Source of the DNA: Candidatus Levyibacteriota bacterium
GTDB lineage: Bacteria > Patescibacteriota > Microgenomatia > Levybacterales > UBA12049
DNA length: 64,000 nt
Assembly (NCBI GenBank): GCA_963716145.1
Contig: OY970292.1
Span: 469,171-533,170, forward strand
Reading direction: 5' to 3'
A model generated the notes under the pieces. The model saw nothing but the letters and a program-made list of their open reading frames with translations. It searched no databases and was not told the DNA's origin. The translations under genes and the position numbers were made by a program. Below are positions 28,279 through 38,267 of the stretch, piece by piece. Within the stretch, counting starts at the first letter, position 1, and the number at the start of each line of letters is the position of its first letter.

Positions 28279-30243
28279 ATGAGCAATACAAGAAATAGAT
28301 TATTACTACTGGGCGGCATGCTTGTTCTTTTGGTGATTGGAATTCCAGCTATAATTTTTCTCACTCAGCAAAGACAAGAAACGCGCTCCCGTGCTTCTGC
28401 ATCAACTACACTCTACCTTACTCCATCATCTTCTGCATCAGCTCCCATAAACAAAACTATTGGCCAGACAGTTGCTTTTGATGTTATGCTAAACCCCGGC
28501 AACAATTTGCCGGCATTTGTTAAATTGGATCTGCTCTACGATAGCACCAAATACGAGCCCGTTCAACCAGCCTCTTTTGTAGTAAATACCGACGCGTTTC
28601 CTCAAACATTTGAAGGCCCAATAATCAATAATGGTGAGTATCTCATCTCTCTTTCTGTAGGCGCAGATCCTACCAAAGCAATACGCGCCGTTACCAGAGT
28701 TGGAACCCTAACCTTTACAACCAAGACTCCAACCTCAACTCCCACGCAAATCTCCTTTGGACCGAGATCTCAAGTCCTATCAGTTGCGTCAACCAATCAA
28801 GCAAGCGAAAACGTTTTATCCACTACCACACCGGGCTTTCTGACAATTTCGGGAATCGCCACCCCTACCCCCATACGTAAAGGCGGAGATGGTGGTAACG
28901 CGGGCAAAGGCGGAGGCGCTTGTGGTAGTCTGGGCAATAATGGTAGCATTGGCAGCGCTTCAACCGGAGGAACCGGGGGCACAGGTGGAACTGGATGTAG
29001 CGGAGGAACCTTAACTGGCAACACTGGTGGCATTGGAGGAGTTGGAGGTCTTGGAAGTAGCAGCGGTCCTGGAAATCCTGGCCAGAATGGCAGACCAGGA
29101 CAGGGAACTGGCGCGGGCGGTGGTGGCGGCGCGGGCGGTGGTGGGGCACCCGGTCAGCCCGGCGGACGCGGCGGCGATGGAGGAACTGGATGCAATGGCG
29201 TTCCCGGACAACCTGGATTGCCGGGAGAAGCTGCGCCAAATGCAAGCACAGGCGGAAAAGGCGGCCGTGGTGGTGAAGGAGGCACAGCTTGTGTTACCAC
29301 ACCAACACCTACGCCAACTTCAGGACCAGTAAACACCACTCTTACTTGTTCTTCAACCTCTGTTGTTCTAAGCGATCTTATGCGGTCTATTGATGTCACA
29401 TTGAAAAATACTTCAGGAGTAGGAATAGCTGGCAAAACAGTAAACTGGACGTCAAGTTCTGCTGTATCATTCTCCCCTCCCACCTCGCAAACTAACTCCG
29501 CCGGTGTAGGCATAACCAGTGCGGGAGTTACTAATTTAAGTACTCCCTCGTTTACTGGAATCATAACTGCGCGCTTTCCCGGTGACGCTACATTAGCCGC
29601 TTCGTCTTGCACGATACCTGTTAGCTATACAGCGCCGACTGCCACCCCTACTCCAACCAGAATTCCAACCCCAACCCCTACTTCCGCGCCTAACTCGACC
29701 AGGCTATCTCTCACAGTATTTATGCACGGAATTGGTAACAGCGGAGATAATGCAAATCCAACCAGCTTTAGCTTAAGCAATAAAACTCCACTGCATACAA
29801 CACGGGCGGTAACTGTCCAGATTTTCAATACGCTCAATCAGCTTACTTTATCAAAAACCAGCAATATTGTTTATGCCAGCAGCAGCGGTAGCTTTAGAGG
29901 AACAGTGGACCTGGCAAATCTACTCGCACTAAGCGGTTCTTATACCGTAAAGATTCAGTCCCCAACTCATTTAAGACGTCTTGTTCCTGGAATACAAACC
30001 CTAACAGTTGGTCAAACTCATAATCTAGAAGCAGTATCCCTAATAGCAGGAGATGTAAACTCAGATAACGCACTTAATATCCTTGATTATAACTTGATTA
30101 CTGGCTGCTACAGCGATATCGCGCCTGCTGTATCGTGCACTGCGGACAACAAGTTACTTACCGACCTAAATGACGATGGAGCTGTAAACCAATTTGATTA
30201 CAATCTTTTCCTGCGCGAAATAACAGTCCAGAATGGACAGTAA
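28279..30243 (+). CDS. surface protein paralog 3: signal peptide, cohesin-like domain, Gly-rich/collagen-like region, bacterial Ig-like domain, C-terminal dockerin
   Basis: Same N- and C-terminal modules as 25617 (TTLYLTPSSSASAPINKTIGQTVAFDVMLNPGNNLPAFVKLDLLYD ... GDVNSDNALNILDYNLITG..DLNDDGAVNQFDYNLFLRE). Central about 140-aa GGxGG / G-x-P tract. Confidence 0.7.
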   Translation: MSNTRNRLLLLGGMLVLLVIGIPAIIFLTQQRQETRSRASASTTLYLTPSSSASAPINKTIGQTVAFDVMLNPGNNLPAFVKLDLLYDSTKYEPVQPASFVVNTDAFPQTFEGPIINNGEYLISLSVGADPTKAIRAVTRVGTLTFTTKTPTSTPTQISFGPRSQVLSVASTNQASENVLSTTTPGFLTISGIATPTPIRKGGDGGNAGKGGGACGSLGNNGSIGSASTGGTGGTGGTGCSGGTLTGNTGGIGGVGGLGSSSGPGNPGQNGRPGQGTGAGGGGGAGGGGAPGQPGGRGGDGGTGCNGVPGQPGLPGEAAPNASTGGKGGRGGEGGTACVTTPTPTPTSGPVNTTLTCSSTSVVLSDLMRSIDVTLKNTSGVGIAGKTVNWTSSSAVSFSPPTSQTNSAGVGITSAGVTNLSTPSFTGIITARFPGDATLAASSCTIPVSYTAPTATPTPTRIPTPTPTSAPNSTRLSLTVFMHGIGNSGDNANPTSFSLSNKTPLHTTRAVTVQIFNTLNQLTLSKTSNIVYASSSGSFRGTVDLANLLALSGSYTVKIQSPTHLRRLVPGIQTLTVGQTHNLEAVSLIAGDVNSDNALNILDYNLITGCYSDIAPAVSCTADNKLLTDLNDDGAVNQFDYNLFLREITVQNGQ

Positions 30244-30272
30244 AACCTGCCCGAATTTGCTACAATAGTTGC

Positions 30273-30875
30273 ATGTCAAAAAAGCTGATTGCTATTCTGT
30301 TTATTTTTATCGCCGCAACATCTGCTCTCATATTTCTCAAGTTTATCTACCTGAAAGCCTCCCCTCTTCAATCAATACATGATATAGGATTGCAACCTAC
30401 ACCTATTCCTGAAGCCTCAATTTCCCTCTTTCCAGGCCTTTTGGTTGCAACCGCCAGCCAAAGCGCTCAAATAAATGTGGCAGTAAATTCCAATCTTGCT
30501 GATAACAGCTCTAAGCTAATTCAATTTGAGCTAAGCTACGAACCTACTGCCTTATATTATGTAAAGGTAGTCCCGGGAGATTACTTAATAAATCCGGAAG
30601 TCGTTTTGAATAATATTGATATCAGAACCGGCCGGATATCCTATGCAATTAAAGGAGACTCTTCAAATCCAAATTCAAATATAGTAGCTGTAGTTAATTT
30701 TAATATTGCAAACTACGGCATTCATAAGGAAACGGAGATTTCTTTTCTTCCCAAAACATTGATCAGGCAAGGTGAGGAAAAAATTAACTTAAAAGCAGCA
30801 AGTGGAGCAAAAATTATTCTAAAACCTTTGTTTTTCATTCCACCGGCAAGTCCCTCAGCAGCTGTAGTTAGATGA
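30273..30875 (+). CDS. small membrane-anchored cohesin-like domain protein
   Basis: N-terminal TM. The domain AQINVAVNSNLADNSSKLIQFELSYEPTALYYV...ISYAIKG resembles the cohesin-like fold of the upstream paralogs (..V.V.....L....F.L.YDP..L..V). Confidence 0.4.
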   Translation: MSKKLIAILFIFIAATSALIFLKFIYLKASPLQSIHDIGLQPTPIPEASISLFPGLLVATASQSAQINVAVNSNLADNSSKLIQFELSYEPTALYYVKVVPGDYLINPEVVLNNIDIRTGRISYAIKGDSSNPNSNIVAVVNFNIANYGIHKETEISFLPKTLIRQGEEKINLKAASGAKIILKPLFFIPPASPSAAVVR

Positions 30876-30877
30876 AA

Positions 30878-31276
30878 CTAAATTTCCTCCACCTTCCAAC
30901 TATCCTGAGAATGTGTTACGAAGACCCCAACAACCGGTACATACGGTCCAACCATATCCTGGATAAGAGCGGCTGCCTTTCTGACATCTTCTATATGTTT
31001 GGCATCATCAACCGGATGTCCGGCGCATTCCTGGTGTCCGCTTACCAAAATACCTTTGGACTTATGATTTTTAATAGATACGTCAATTTTACCCCTCAGA
31101 TCATAGCGCAGCTCATCTGTCAGAATGTTTGCCAGAATCCCCACTTCCCCAGCCTCAGTGATGGTATCCGCATAAAGTGCACCGAATTTTTTCTTGCCAA
31201 AATCAGAAAGCGGCTGCTGCACTCGTCCATCCATACAACCGATAATTGTGAAAAATGTTTCGTCTATATTGGCCAT
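30878..31276 (-). CDS. hypothetical protein with beta-carbonic-anhydrase-like Zn-ligand motifs (CxDxR ... HxxC)
   Basis: IIGCMDGRVQ at the N-terminus and SGHQECAGH about 68 aa later. 132 aa is short for a beta-CA, so the call is tentative. Confidence 0.3.
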   Translation of the reverse strand: MANIDETFFTIIGCMDGRVQQPLSDFGKKKFGALYADTITEAGEVGILANILTDELRYDLRGKIDVSIKNHKSKGILVSGHQECAGHPVDDAKHIEDVRKAAALIQDMVGPYVPVVGVFVTHSQDSWKVEEI

Positions 31277-31297
31277 TGTTTAATAATAACATATCTA

Positions 31298-31645
31298 TCA
31301 AACCACTTCTCCCTCAATTACCTGTCTTTTTGCATGCTGCTTGAGGATATCGAGGTTTTTGAGGTTGGCATGATGGAAAAAATCGACAAAATCTCCAATA
31401 ACCGGTACCAAACCTATGAAAAAGTTAGTCATTATGTTTGAAAGCATTTTGGAGATAGCAGAAGCAGGCAAGCGCATTTGAAGACCAATCCAGACAAGGT
31501 ATAGTGACAAAAATGACACTAAGAAATCCCCCACAACCGGAATGAGACCAAATATCCCGTTCATCCCAAACCTGAATTTAAGAAATTTGAATTTCCCATC
31601 AAGAAAATTTGCCATAACTTCAGCGGTTTTCAAATGATTATCCAT
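31298..31645 (-). CDS. DUF4112 family membrane protein
   Basis: Duplicated GLIPVVGDFLVSF / GLVPVIGDFVDFFHHANLKNL motif typical of DUF4112. Confidence 0.55.
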   Translation of the reverse strand: MDNHLKTAEVMANFLDGKFKFLKFRFGMNGIFGLIPVVGDFLVSFLSLYLVWIGLQMRLPASAISKMLSNIMTNFFIGLVPVIGDFVDFFHHANLKNLDILKQHAKRQVIEGEVV

Positions 31646-31697
31646 AAAAGAAGTATAACTTGAGAATTTGAGAATTGTGTAATAAAATTCGGGGAAT

Positions 31698-32189
31698 TTA
31701 TACTTTAATTTCCTGCTTAATGCCGGCTCTTTCTTTTACATCAGCCATTTTTGCTCTTAATTCTTCCAAAGTTACTTCTCTGTGTTGAGCTGAGGACTCC
31801 TTATAACGCCCGCTTAATATAGTCCTACCCTCATCGATTTTAATTGAATCTGCGCCGGGGAACCATTGGCTTACCGCAGGCGAATCAAGAAGTCTTCTGG
31901 CGCGCCCATTTGTATCGTCCCTATGAAGATCTACATTCTCCGAGTCGGCTTCCTTCGCTTGCGCTTCAATTAATGCATCAAACATTCCGACAGCATCGCC
32001 AACTTCAAGACTTTCGTATTTAGGCTTAGGATCGGGACCAGTTTCTCCTCTCAGCCCTCTCCATATCCTTCCCAACAAACTTCCTCCTCTTGGGGACTCA
32101 CCTGTGGACGCAGGAACCATATCTTCAACCATTGCGGGGGATTCTGATCTTCTCGGTTCTTGTATTTCTATATCACTTCCTTCGGCCAT
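31698..32189 (-). CDS. hypothetical protein (163 aa, acidic, no TM)
   Basis: Intact ORF, moderately GC-richer than the genome. No family recognised. Confidence 0.4.
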   Translation of the reverse strand: MAEGSDIEIQEPRRSESPAMVEDMVPASTGESPRGGSLLGRIWRGLRGETGPDPKPKYESLEVGDAVGMFDALIEAQAKEADSENVDLHRDDTNGRARRLLDSPAVSQWFPGADSIKIDEGRTILSGRYKESSAQHREVTLEELRAKMADVKERAGIKQEIKV

Positions 32190-32231
32190 ATTTTTATTGT
32201 ATCGTATTGGAAGCTTTTGTCAACAACAATG

Positions 32232-32304
32232 TGGGTGCTAATAGAATCGAACTATTGACCTCTTTCTTATCAGGAAAGCGTTCTAGCCACTGAACTAAGC
32301 ACCC
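32232..32304 (-). tRNA. tRNA-Ile (anticodon GAU)
   Basis: Reverse complement folds as GGGTGCT-TA-GTTC-AGTGGCTA-GAAC-G-CTTTC-CTGATAA-GAAAG-AGGTC-AATAG-TTCGATT-CTATT-AGCACCC-A. 7-bp acceptor stem, TTCGATT T-loop, anticodon loop CU-GAU-AA. Confidence 0.85.
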
Positions 32305-32446
32305 GTTTTAGCTAATAGCACATGGCTAATAGCTTATAGATTATACCGTATAACTTCGTTTCTGACCATACGCTATATGCCATAAGCTATAGGCAAATGA
32401 CGAAGTCATTCTACAAGGTCCGGCCTCCTGGGGTAGAGTTGATCAC

Positions 32447-32611
32447 TTTCTAAGTTTTTTCTTATCAGTTGAATTTTTTTTGAAAATTAGGTTACCGGAA
32501 ACATTCTTCCACTGGCCAGGCTGCATATCCACAGCCTTATCCAGCTCCTTCTCACTATGACCCGTAAAGTCAGCATCAATTTCGTGTTCGTTTATTATTT
32601 CTTTATCCATA
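32447..32611 (-). CDS. possible small protein (about 54 aa: MDKEIINEHEIDADFTGHSEKELDKAVDMQPGQWKNVSGNLIFKK...)
   Basis: Own translation. Below the ORF-track size cutoff. Sits in the tRNA-flanked small-gene island. Confidence 0.2.
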
Positions 32612-32617
32612 TTTAAT

Positions 32618-32842
32618 TTAATGATGCGCAGTACTCTTTTCCGCCTTTCGTCCTCTACCTGATTTTACAATTCCCCTACCCAATAGAAAAAGAGCGCCAC
32701 CAATTGCAACTGGCCATAATACACTTGCTGCTATTATCTCAGCAACTCCGTACACCATCAAACCCAGTCCCCCAACTTCTGCCGTTACACCCACAGCATC
32801 TCTTGGTCTGAAATTATTTTTTCCTCCGCGTTCTGCTGACAT
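32618..32842 (-). CDS. small hydrophobic protein (74 aa, two predicted TM helices)
   Basis: GVTAEVGGLGLMVYGVAEIIAASVLWPVAIGGALFLLGRGI. 12 nt downstream of the 98-aa gene. Confidence 0.4.
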   Translation of the reverse strand: MSAERGGKNNFRPRDAVGVTAEVGGLGLMVYGVAEIIAASVLWPVAIGGALFLLGRGIVKSGRGRKAEKSTAHH

Positions 32843-32854
32843 AATTTCCTCTTT

Positions 32855-33151
32855 CTAGGCAGCTTTTGCTAAATGCACAGGTCTTCCAGGTTTCATATCT
32901 CCTTTTAACTTTCTCCTCGCCCACTTGGATCCTTCAATTTGAATTTTATCAGAACCAGCCCAAGCACCGGTTGCAACAAGTGCCAAACCTGCCAAGGGAA
33001 TTCCTGCAAGTAACGCAACTCCTGAAACAATAGCGGCAGGCTTACTAATACGGTAAGATGCTCTATTGTACGTATCAATAGGGCCAAGTACGCCCTCCTC
33101 CCCCGGTTTGGGTCTGGAGCTTTTCCAAAATGATTCAATTCTTCCTGCCAT
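32855..33151 (-). CDS. small membrane protein (98 aa, one TM helix)
   Basis: AAIVSGVALLAGIPLAGLALVATGAWAGS. Located between tRNA-Cys and tRNA-Ile. Confidence 0.4.
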   Translation of the reverse strand: MAGRIESFWKSSRPKPGEEGVLGPIDTYNRASYRISKPAAIVSGVALLAGIPLAGLALVATGAWAGSDKIQIEGSKWARRKLKGDMKPGRPVHLAKAA

Positions 33152-33269
33152 ATTTTCCTTTCTTTGCCTAATCTTATAGATTAAACTATTTGGTTTAAAA
33201 CTTTATTAAAGATTTGTAATAATTTAATATTATTTCTGCCGTTTTAGTCAAAATCCTACGGATTTTGAG

Positions 33270-33342
33270 AGGCGCGAAAGGGAGTCGAACCCTTGCATGG
33301 AAGTTTTGCAAACTCCTGCGTTAACCACTTCGCCACCGCGCC
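33270..33342 (-). tRNA. tRNA-Cys (anticodon GCA)
   Basis: Reverse complement is GGCGCGG-TG-GCGA-AGTGGTTA-ACGC-A-GGAGT-TTGCAAA-ACTTC-CATGC-AAGGG-TTCGACT-CCCTT-TCGCGCC-T. U73 discriminator typical of tRNA-Cys. Confidence 0.85.
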
Positions 33343-33472
33343 ACGTAAAAATTTGCTTTGCAAATTAACGTGGCTGGAACGTTTAAATTTATGGAATAAA
33401 TTTATTACGTTCTGCCATTCATCACAAAGCTTGTTAATTTTAGCACAGCCTCGCTAAAGAGGCAATCAGGAC

Positions 33473-33502
33473 ACAAAAAATCCCGCATAGTTGCGGGACG
33501 AG
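33473..33502 (-). terminator. intrinsic terminator (conserved hairpin family, copy 3)
   Basis: Minus strand reads ctcgtCCCGCAactaTGCGGGattttttgtg: a GC stem plus U-tract, directly after the stop of the 33528-34106 gene. Confidence 0.6.
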
Positions 33503-33527
33503 TTTGTTCTTACTTCTTATAATTGTC

Positions 33528-34106
33528 TCACAAGCCTCTTATGTTTTGTCCTACTCGCTCTCGCAGTCTTGATTGAAAATCGGTTACCCTCGCATCAAGC
33601 TCAGGTCCTGGTGTATTACCAGCTAAAAACCTTCTATGCCGAGTCAGAGACCGTTGCCATAAAACAGAATCGGCTTGCTCACGATTTTGAGCAGCAGTTG
33701 CAGAGGCAGCACTGTGTAAAAATTCAGCCAGATCAAAAGGTTTGTGCCGACTCAAAATTGGATAAGCTCGATGACCCCTTACCATTGTAGATGCCAAAAC
33801 AATTACCTCTTGATCGCCCTTATCTCCTTTCATTGCTTCGACTAAATCTCTGGTTAACTCATTTACATTTAAAATTCCTGTCCCAAAGCCTTTAGATATA
33901 TCGTCACATCTATCTGTTACCGTTTGAACAGACTTATTAATTCCTTCTCTGACCGCACTGTCATCACTTGAGAACTCATCAGCAAAGCTCATTAAATCCC
34001 CTTCTAAATCTGGATCTATTCCTTCTAACTCTCTATACGCCGTCATGAATGCAATTATACTACAGATTTGAGTCTTGTCAATCGTTTTGCCTGCCGTTAT
34101 AGTCAA
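33528..34106 (-). CDS. hypothetical protein (192 aa) between 16S rRNA and tRNA-Cys
   Basis: Intact ORF bounded by two copies of the conserved terminator hairpin. No family recognised. Confidence 0.45.
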   Translation of the reverse strand: MTITAGKTIDKTQICSIIAFMTAYRELEGIDPDLEGDLMSFADEFSSDDSAVREGINKSVQTVTDRCDDISKGFGTGILNVNELTRDLVEAMKGDKGDQEVIVLASTMVRGHRAYPILSRHKPFDLAEFLHSAASATAAQNREQADSVLWQRSLTRHRRFLAGNTPGPELDARVTDFQSRLRERVGQNIRGL

Positions 34107-34109
34107 AAC

Positions 34110-34138
34110 GCAAAAAATCCCGCAGTTGGTGCGGGATT
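34110..34138 (-). terminator. intrinsic terminator (conserved hairpin family, copy 2) about 270 nt downstream of the 16S 3' end
   Basis: Minus strand reads caaacaATCCCGCaccaacTGCGGGATtttttgcgtttt. Confidence 0.55.
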
Positions 34139-34404
34139 GTTTGTTAATTTAAATACACTTTAAACTTTTAATTCTGCTTTGCAGAAAACCAAGATGTGGT
34201 AGGAGAGCGAGAGTAGAAATTGTTTTATCCTAAGTGACCTAACTAAGTGTTAGGTTGCTCCGATAAATCGGAGTTTGCGGATAAAACCAGACGCTACTCA
34301 CTTCATCTGTTGCCACATTTTTCCGTGCAGCCATTAGCCAATAGCTATTAGCTATTTGCCATATGCTACTACGTTATATGTCTTCCCCTTTCCTTAAAAA
34401 AAAG

Positions 34405-35875
<1,471 letters not shown>

Positions 35876-36179
35876 AAAAAAAATTATAGAAGTTTTAAGG
35901 CTTCTAAAATCCTGTGTCAGGTTATTCTTTTTTATCCAAACTTGCGTCGGGATAGAGGAAAAAACCTGATAAAAATTCCTACCACATCTTGATTACCAAA
36001 CACCTTTTTCCCTTACAAAGATAGGTTGCTTGGTTCCTCCCTAGATTAAGGAGGTTTTAAAGTGTACTTAAATTATTAAAGTGCTCTTCGGTTCGCTTTG
36101 CTCTCTCAGAGTAAACTGCTCAGTCTAATGAAGTATGTAAAATAAAGACTTGTGCTGAGCTTGCCGAAGTACAAAAAAT

Positions 36180-36208
36180 CCCGCCAAATGCGGGATCGGT
36201 GTCCAAAA
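36180..36208 (-). terminator. hairpin + U-tract (conserved hairpin family, copy 1) in the 16S leader; possible attenuator
   Basis: Minus strand reads ccgATCCCGCatttgGCGGGATtttttgtac, about 40 nt downstream of the consensus promoter. Confidence 0.5.
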
Positions 36209-36247
36209 CATTTAAGCTAGGTCTTTACATACCTTTAGTATTATACT

Positions 36248-36275
36248 TGATTTTGAAAATCTGTCAACCCAGGAG
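36248..36275 (-). promoter_or_regulatory. near-consensus sigma70 promoter upstream of the 16S rRNA (TTGACA, 16-17 nt spacer, TATAAT)
   Basis: Minus strand reads gggTTGACAgattttcaaaatcaagTATAATactaaagg. Confidence 0.55.
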
Positions 36276-36424
36276 TTCGAGGACTAGGTATATGAAGAAG
36301 GTGGAAGGCTAATTTTCAATTTTTAATTTTCAGTTTTCAATCAAATTACAATGACACGATTTTGAAAATTTAAACATTGAAGCATTCAATGAAAATTGTA
36401 AATTGAGAATTGAGAATTCGGAGC

Positions 36425-37297
36425 TTATTTACTCTTCCGTCTGAGGAACATTCCCCCAATTGCACTAGGTATCAGTCCAAACAAAGCTAAGCTTTCTGGT
36501 CCTGTATCAGGTGTTTTTGTTGCTTTGGTTGGTGGATAGACAGGCAATCCTCCTTTAGTTGTTGGTGGGTTAACTGTAGCGGGATTGGTTGGGAATCCAC
36601 CTTTAGTTGTAGTTGGATTACCAGGATTTGTTGGATTGCTTGGATTACCAGGCTGTGTTGGGTTGCTAGGGTTGCTAGGATTGCTTGGCTGATCCGGATT
36701 GTTAGGGTTACCAGGGTTTGTAGGAGTAGGTGTTGGAACACCTTTCTCAATACAAACTGATGCATTATCTTGTCCTGTTTTGTTGTCTACTGTAATAATA
36801 GATTGGTTAACAACACAGACTATGTTCTGGTCACTTGGGAGCTTATCATTTCCTCTTACTTTAACTTTAACGAAAAAGTCGCGTGATTCATCCTTTGCCA
36901 GGGAGTCAATCTTGATTGTTAAGGTTTTTGAATTCTGATCAAATGTTCCACCCATACCTTCAACAAAGTCTACAAAATCAGGCAGGATATCTTTAACTAC
37001 AACATTTTTAAGGGTATCACCTGTTGTATTTCTGACAGTGATCTTAAAGATAACTGTTTCACCACTTCTGTACTTTGCGTCAGATACTCCAAGGTTATCA
37101 ACAAAAGCACCGCTTTGAGGATTCTTTACAGTTTTATTGATCTCAAACTGAGGAGTCTTAACACATGATTCTCCACCACCATAGATAGGCTGGCATTGAT
37201 TTGTACCATAGTTAGTAGAAGCTGCAAAAGAGACTCCTGCTGAAAGAGCAAGAAGAGTAAGAGCTGTTACTGAGACTTTAAGTATTGATTTATTCAT
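36425..37297 (-). CDS. secreted DUF11 (conserved repeat domain) protein with Pro/Asn-rich linker and LPXTG-like C-terminal sorting signal
   Basis: Signal peptide. A DUF11-like beta domain (VKDILPDFVDFVEGMGGTFDQNSKTLTIKIDSLAKDESRDFFVKVKV). NPGNPNNPDQPSNPSNP repeats. C-terminal KTPDTGPESLALFGLIPSAIGGMFLRRKSK (motif, TM helix, basic tail). Confidence 0.6.
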   Translation of the reverse strand: MNKSILKVSVTALTLLALSAGVSFAASTNYGTNQCQPIYGGGESCVKTPQFEINKTVKNPQSGAFVDNLGVSDAKYRSGETVIFKITVRNTTGDTLKNVVVKDILPDFVDFVEGMGGTFDQNSKTLTIKIDSLAKDESRDFFVKVKVRGNDKLPSDQNIVCVVNQSIITVDNKTGQDNASVCIEKGVPTPTPTNPGNPNNPDQPSNPSNPSNPTQPGNPSNPTNPGNPTTTKGGFPTNPATVNPPTTKGGLPVYPPTKATKTPDTGPESLALFGLIPSAIGGMFLRRKSK

Positions 37298-37304
37298 AGG
37301 TTGG

Positions 37305-37415
37305 TTAAACTTATAACTGATTACTTATAACTGATAACATTTCGTTATTGTTATTTGTTATGAGTTATCAGTCGTCATAACTTGTTATCTGTTATTAGTT
37401 ATCAGTTGGAGAACT
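37305..37415. repeat. AT-rich palindromic word-repeat element (TTATAACTGATAAC family)
   Basis: cttataactgattacttataactgataac ... gttatcagtcgtcataacttgttatctgttattagttatcag. A second copy is at 54905-54985. Confidence 0.6.
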
Positions 37416-37485
37416 ATAGCATACATTATAGGACCTTGTCAAGAGGCAAATCGTATCCAGGCCTATCATCTATAAGACACGAGGC

Positions 37486-38031
37486 TCAAATTAAGATTTT
37501 TAGCTTCTCAAAATCCTCCTTTATTAATTCCTTTAGCGGTGGGAAGCGGAGGGCCGCTGCGGGGTGAAGAGTTACCAAATACGTTCTCCCCTCCTGCTCA
37601 ATGATTTTTCCATGCTCGGACTTAACCGGAATTTTATAACCCAGAACTCCCTGCACGGCTACATTTCCTAACAACACAATTATTTTAGGCTGGATAATGT
37701 CCAACTGAGCCATTAGATGGGTTCTACCATGAGCTATGTCTGATGGAAGCGGAGTTCCGCGATCCGGTAAATATTTTACAGGACTAGTAATAAATACGTC
37801 TTCTTCCCTGAGCCCCACTTCGCGGATCAAACCACGAAGTAACTGACCCGATCTTCCGATAAATGGCCTTCCGCTTGCCGCCTCCTTCTTCCCCGGCGCT
37901 TCCCCGATAAAAACAATGTCCGCATCAGGCCTCCCTTCCCCGGGAACGGGTAAGCCGCTTTTGCCGACTTTACAAAGTTTGCATTTCTCAATTTCTTTGG
38001 CAATTTTATCCAAGGATTTTTGTTTATTCAT
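37486..38031 (-). CDS. uracil-DNA glycosylase, family 4
   Basis: CKLCKVGKSGLPVPGEGRPDADIVFIGEAPGKKEAASGRPFIGRSGQLL matches the family 4 UDG motifs (GEAPG, GRPF.G..G). Cys residues consistent with a 4Fe-4S cluster. Confidence 0.85.
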   Translation of the reverse strand: MNKQKSLDKIAKEIEKCKLCKVGKSGLPVPGEGRPDADIVFIGEAPGKKEAASGRPFIGRSGQLLRGLIREVGLREEDVFITSPVKYLPDRGTPLPSDIAHGRTHLMAQLDIIQPKIIVLLGNVAVQGVLGYKIPVKSEHGKIIEQEGRTYLVTLHPAAALRFPPLKELIKEDFEKLKILI

Positions 38032-38267
38032 AATACTATTATAGTAAGTATTCTATCAAAGAATAAAGTAAAATAAATAGCCGCTTCAGATGCAAATTTT
38101 GATATAAAATTGCCATATTGCATTTCCCCAAAACTTCATATATTATTACATCTTAATAAGGATAAATTGTATAAATTATTATGCCTAAAAAGATGATTTT
38201 TCTCCAAATTAGACAATTTTTTTATACTACCTGATCTGCTCTTTTCGAAAGACTGTTGATATAACTT

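Noticed and set aside
32396-32470. Possible RNase P / SRP / tmRNA in AT-poor intergenic stretches (for example 32396-32470, 36000-36160)
   Set aside because: No P4 (GGAAAGTCCGG), SRP domain IV, or tmRNA tRNA-like 3' end motifs were found. 36000-36160 is the 16S leader.
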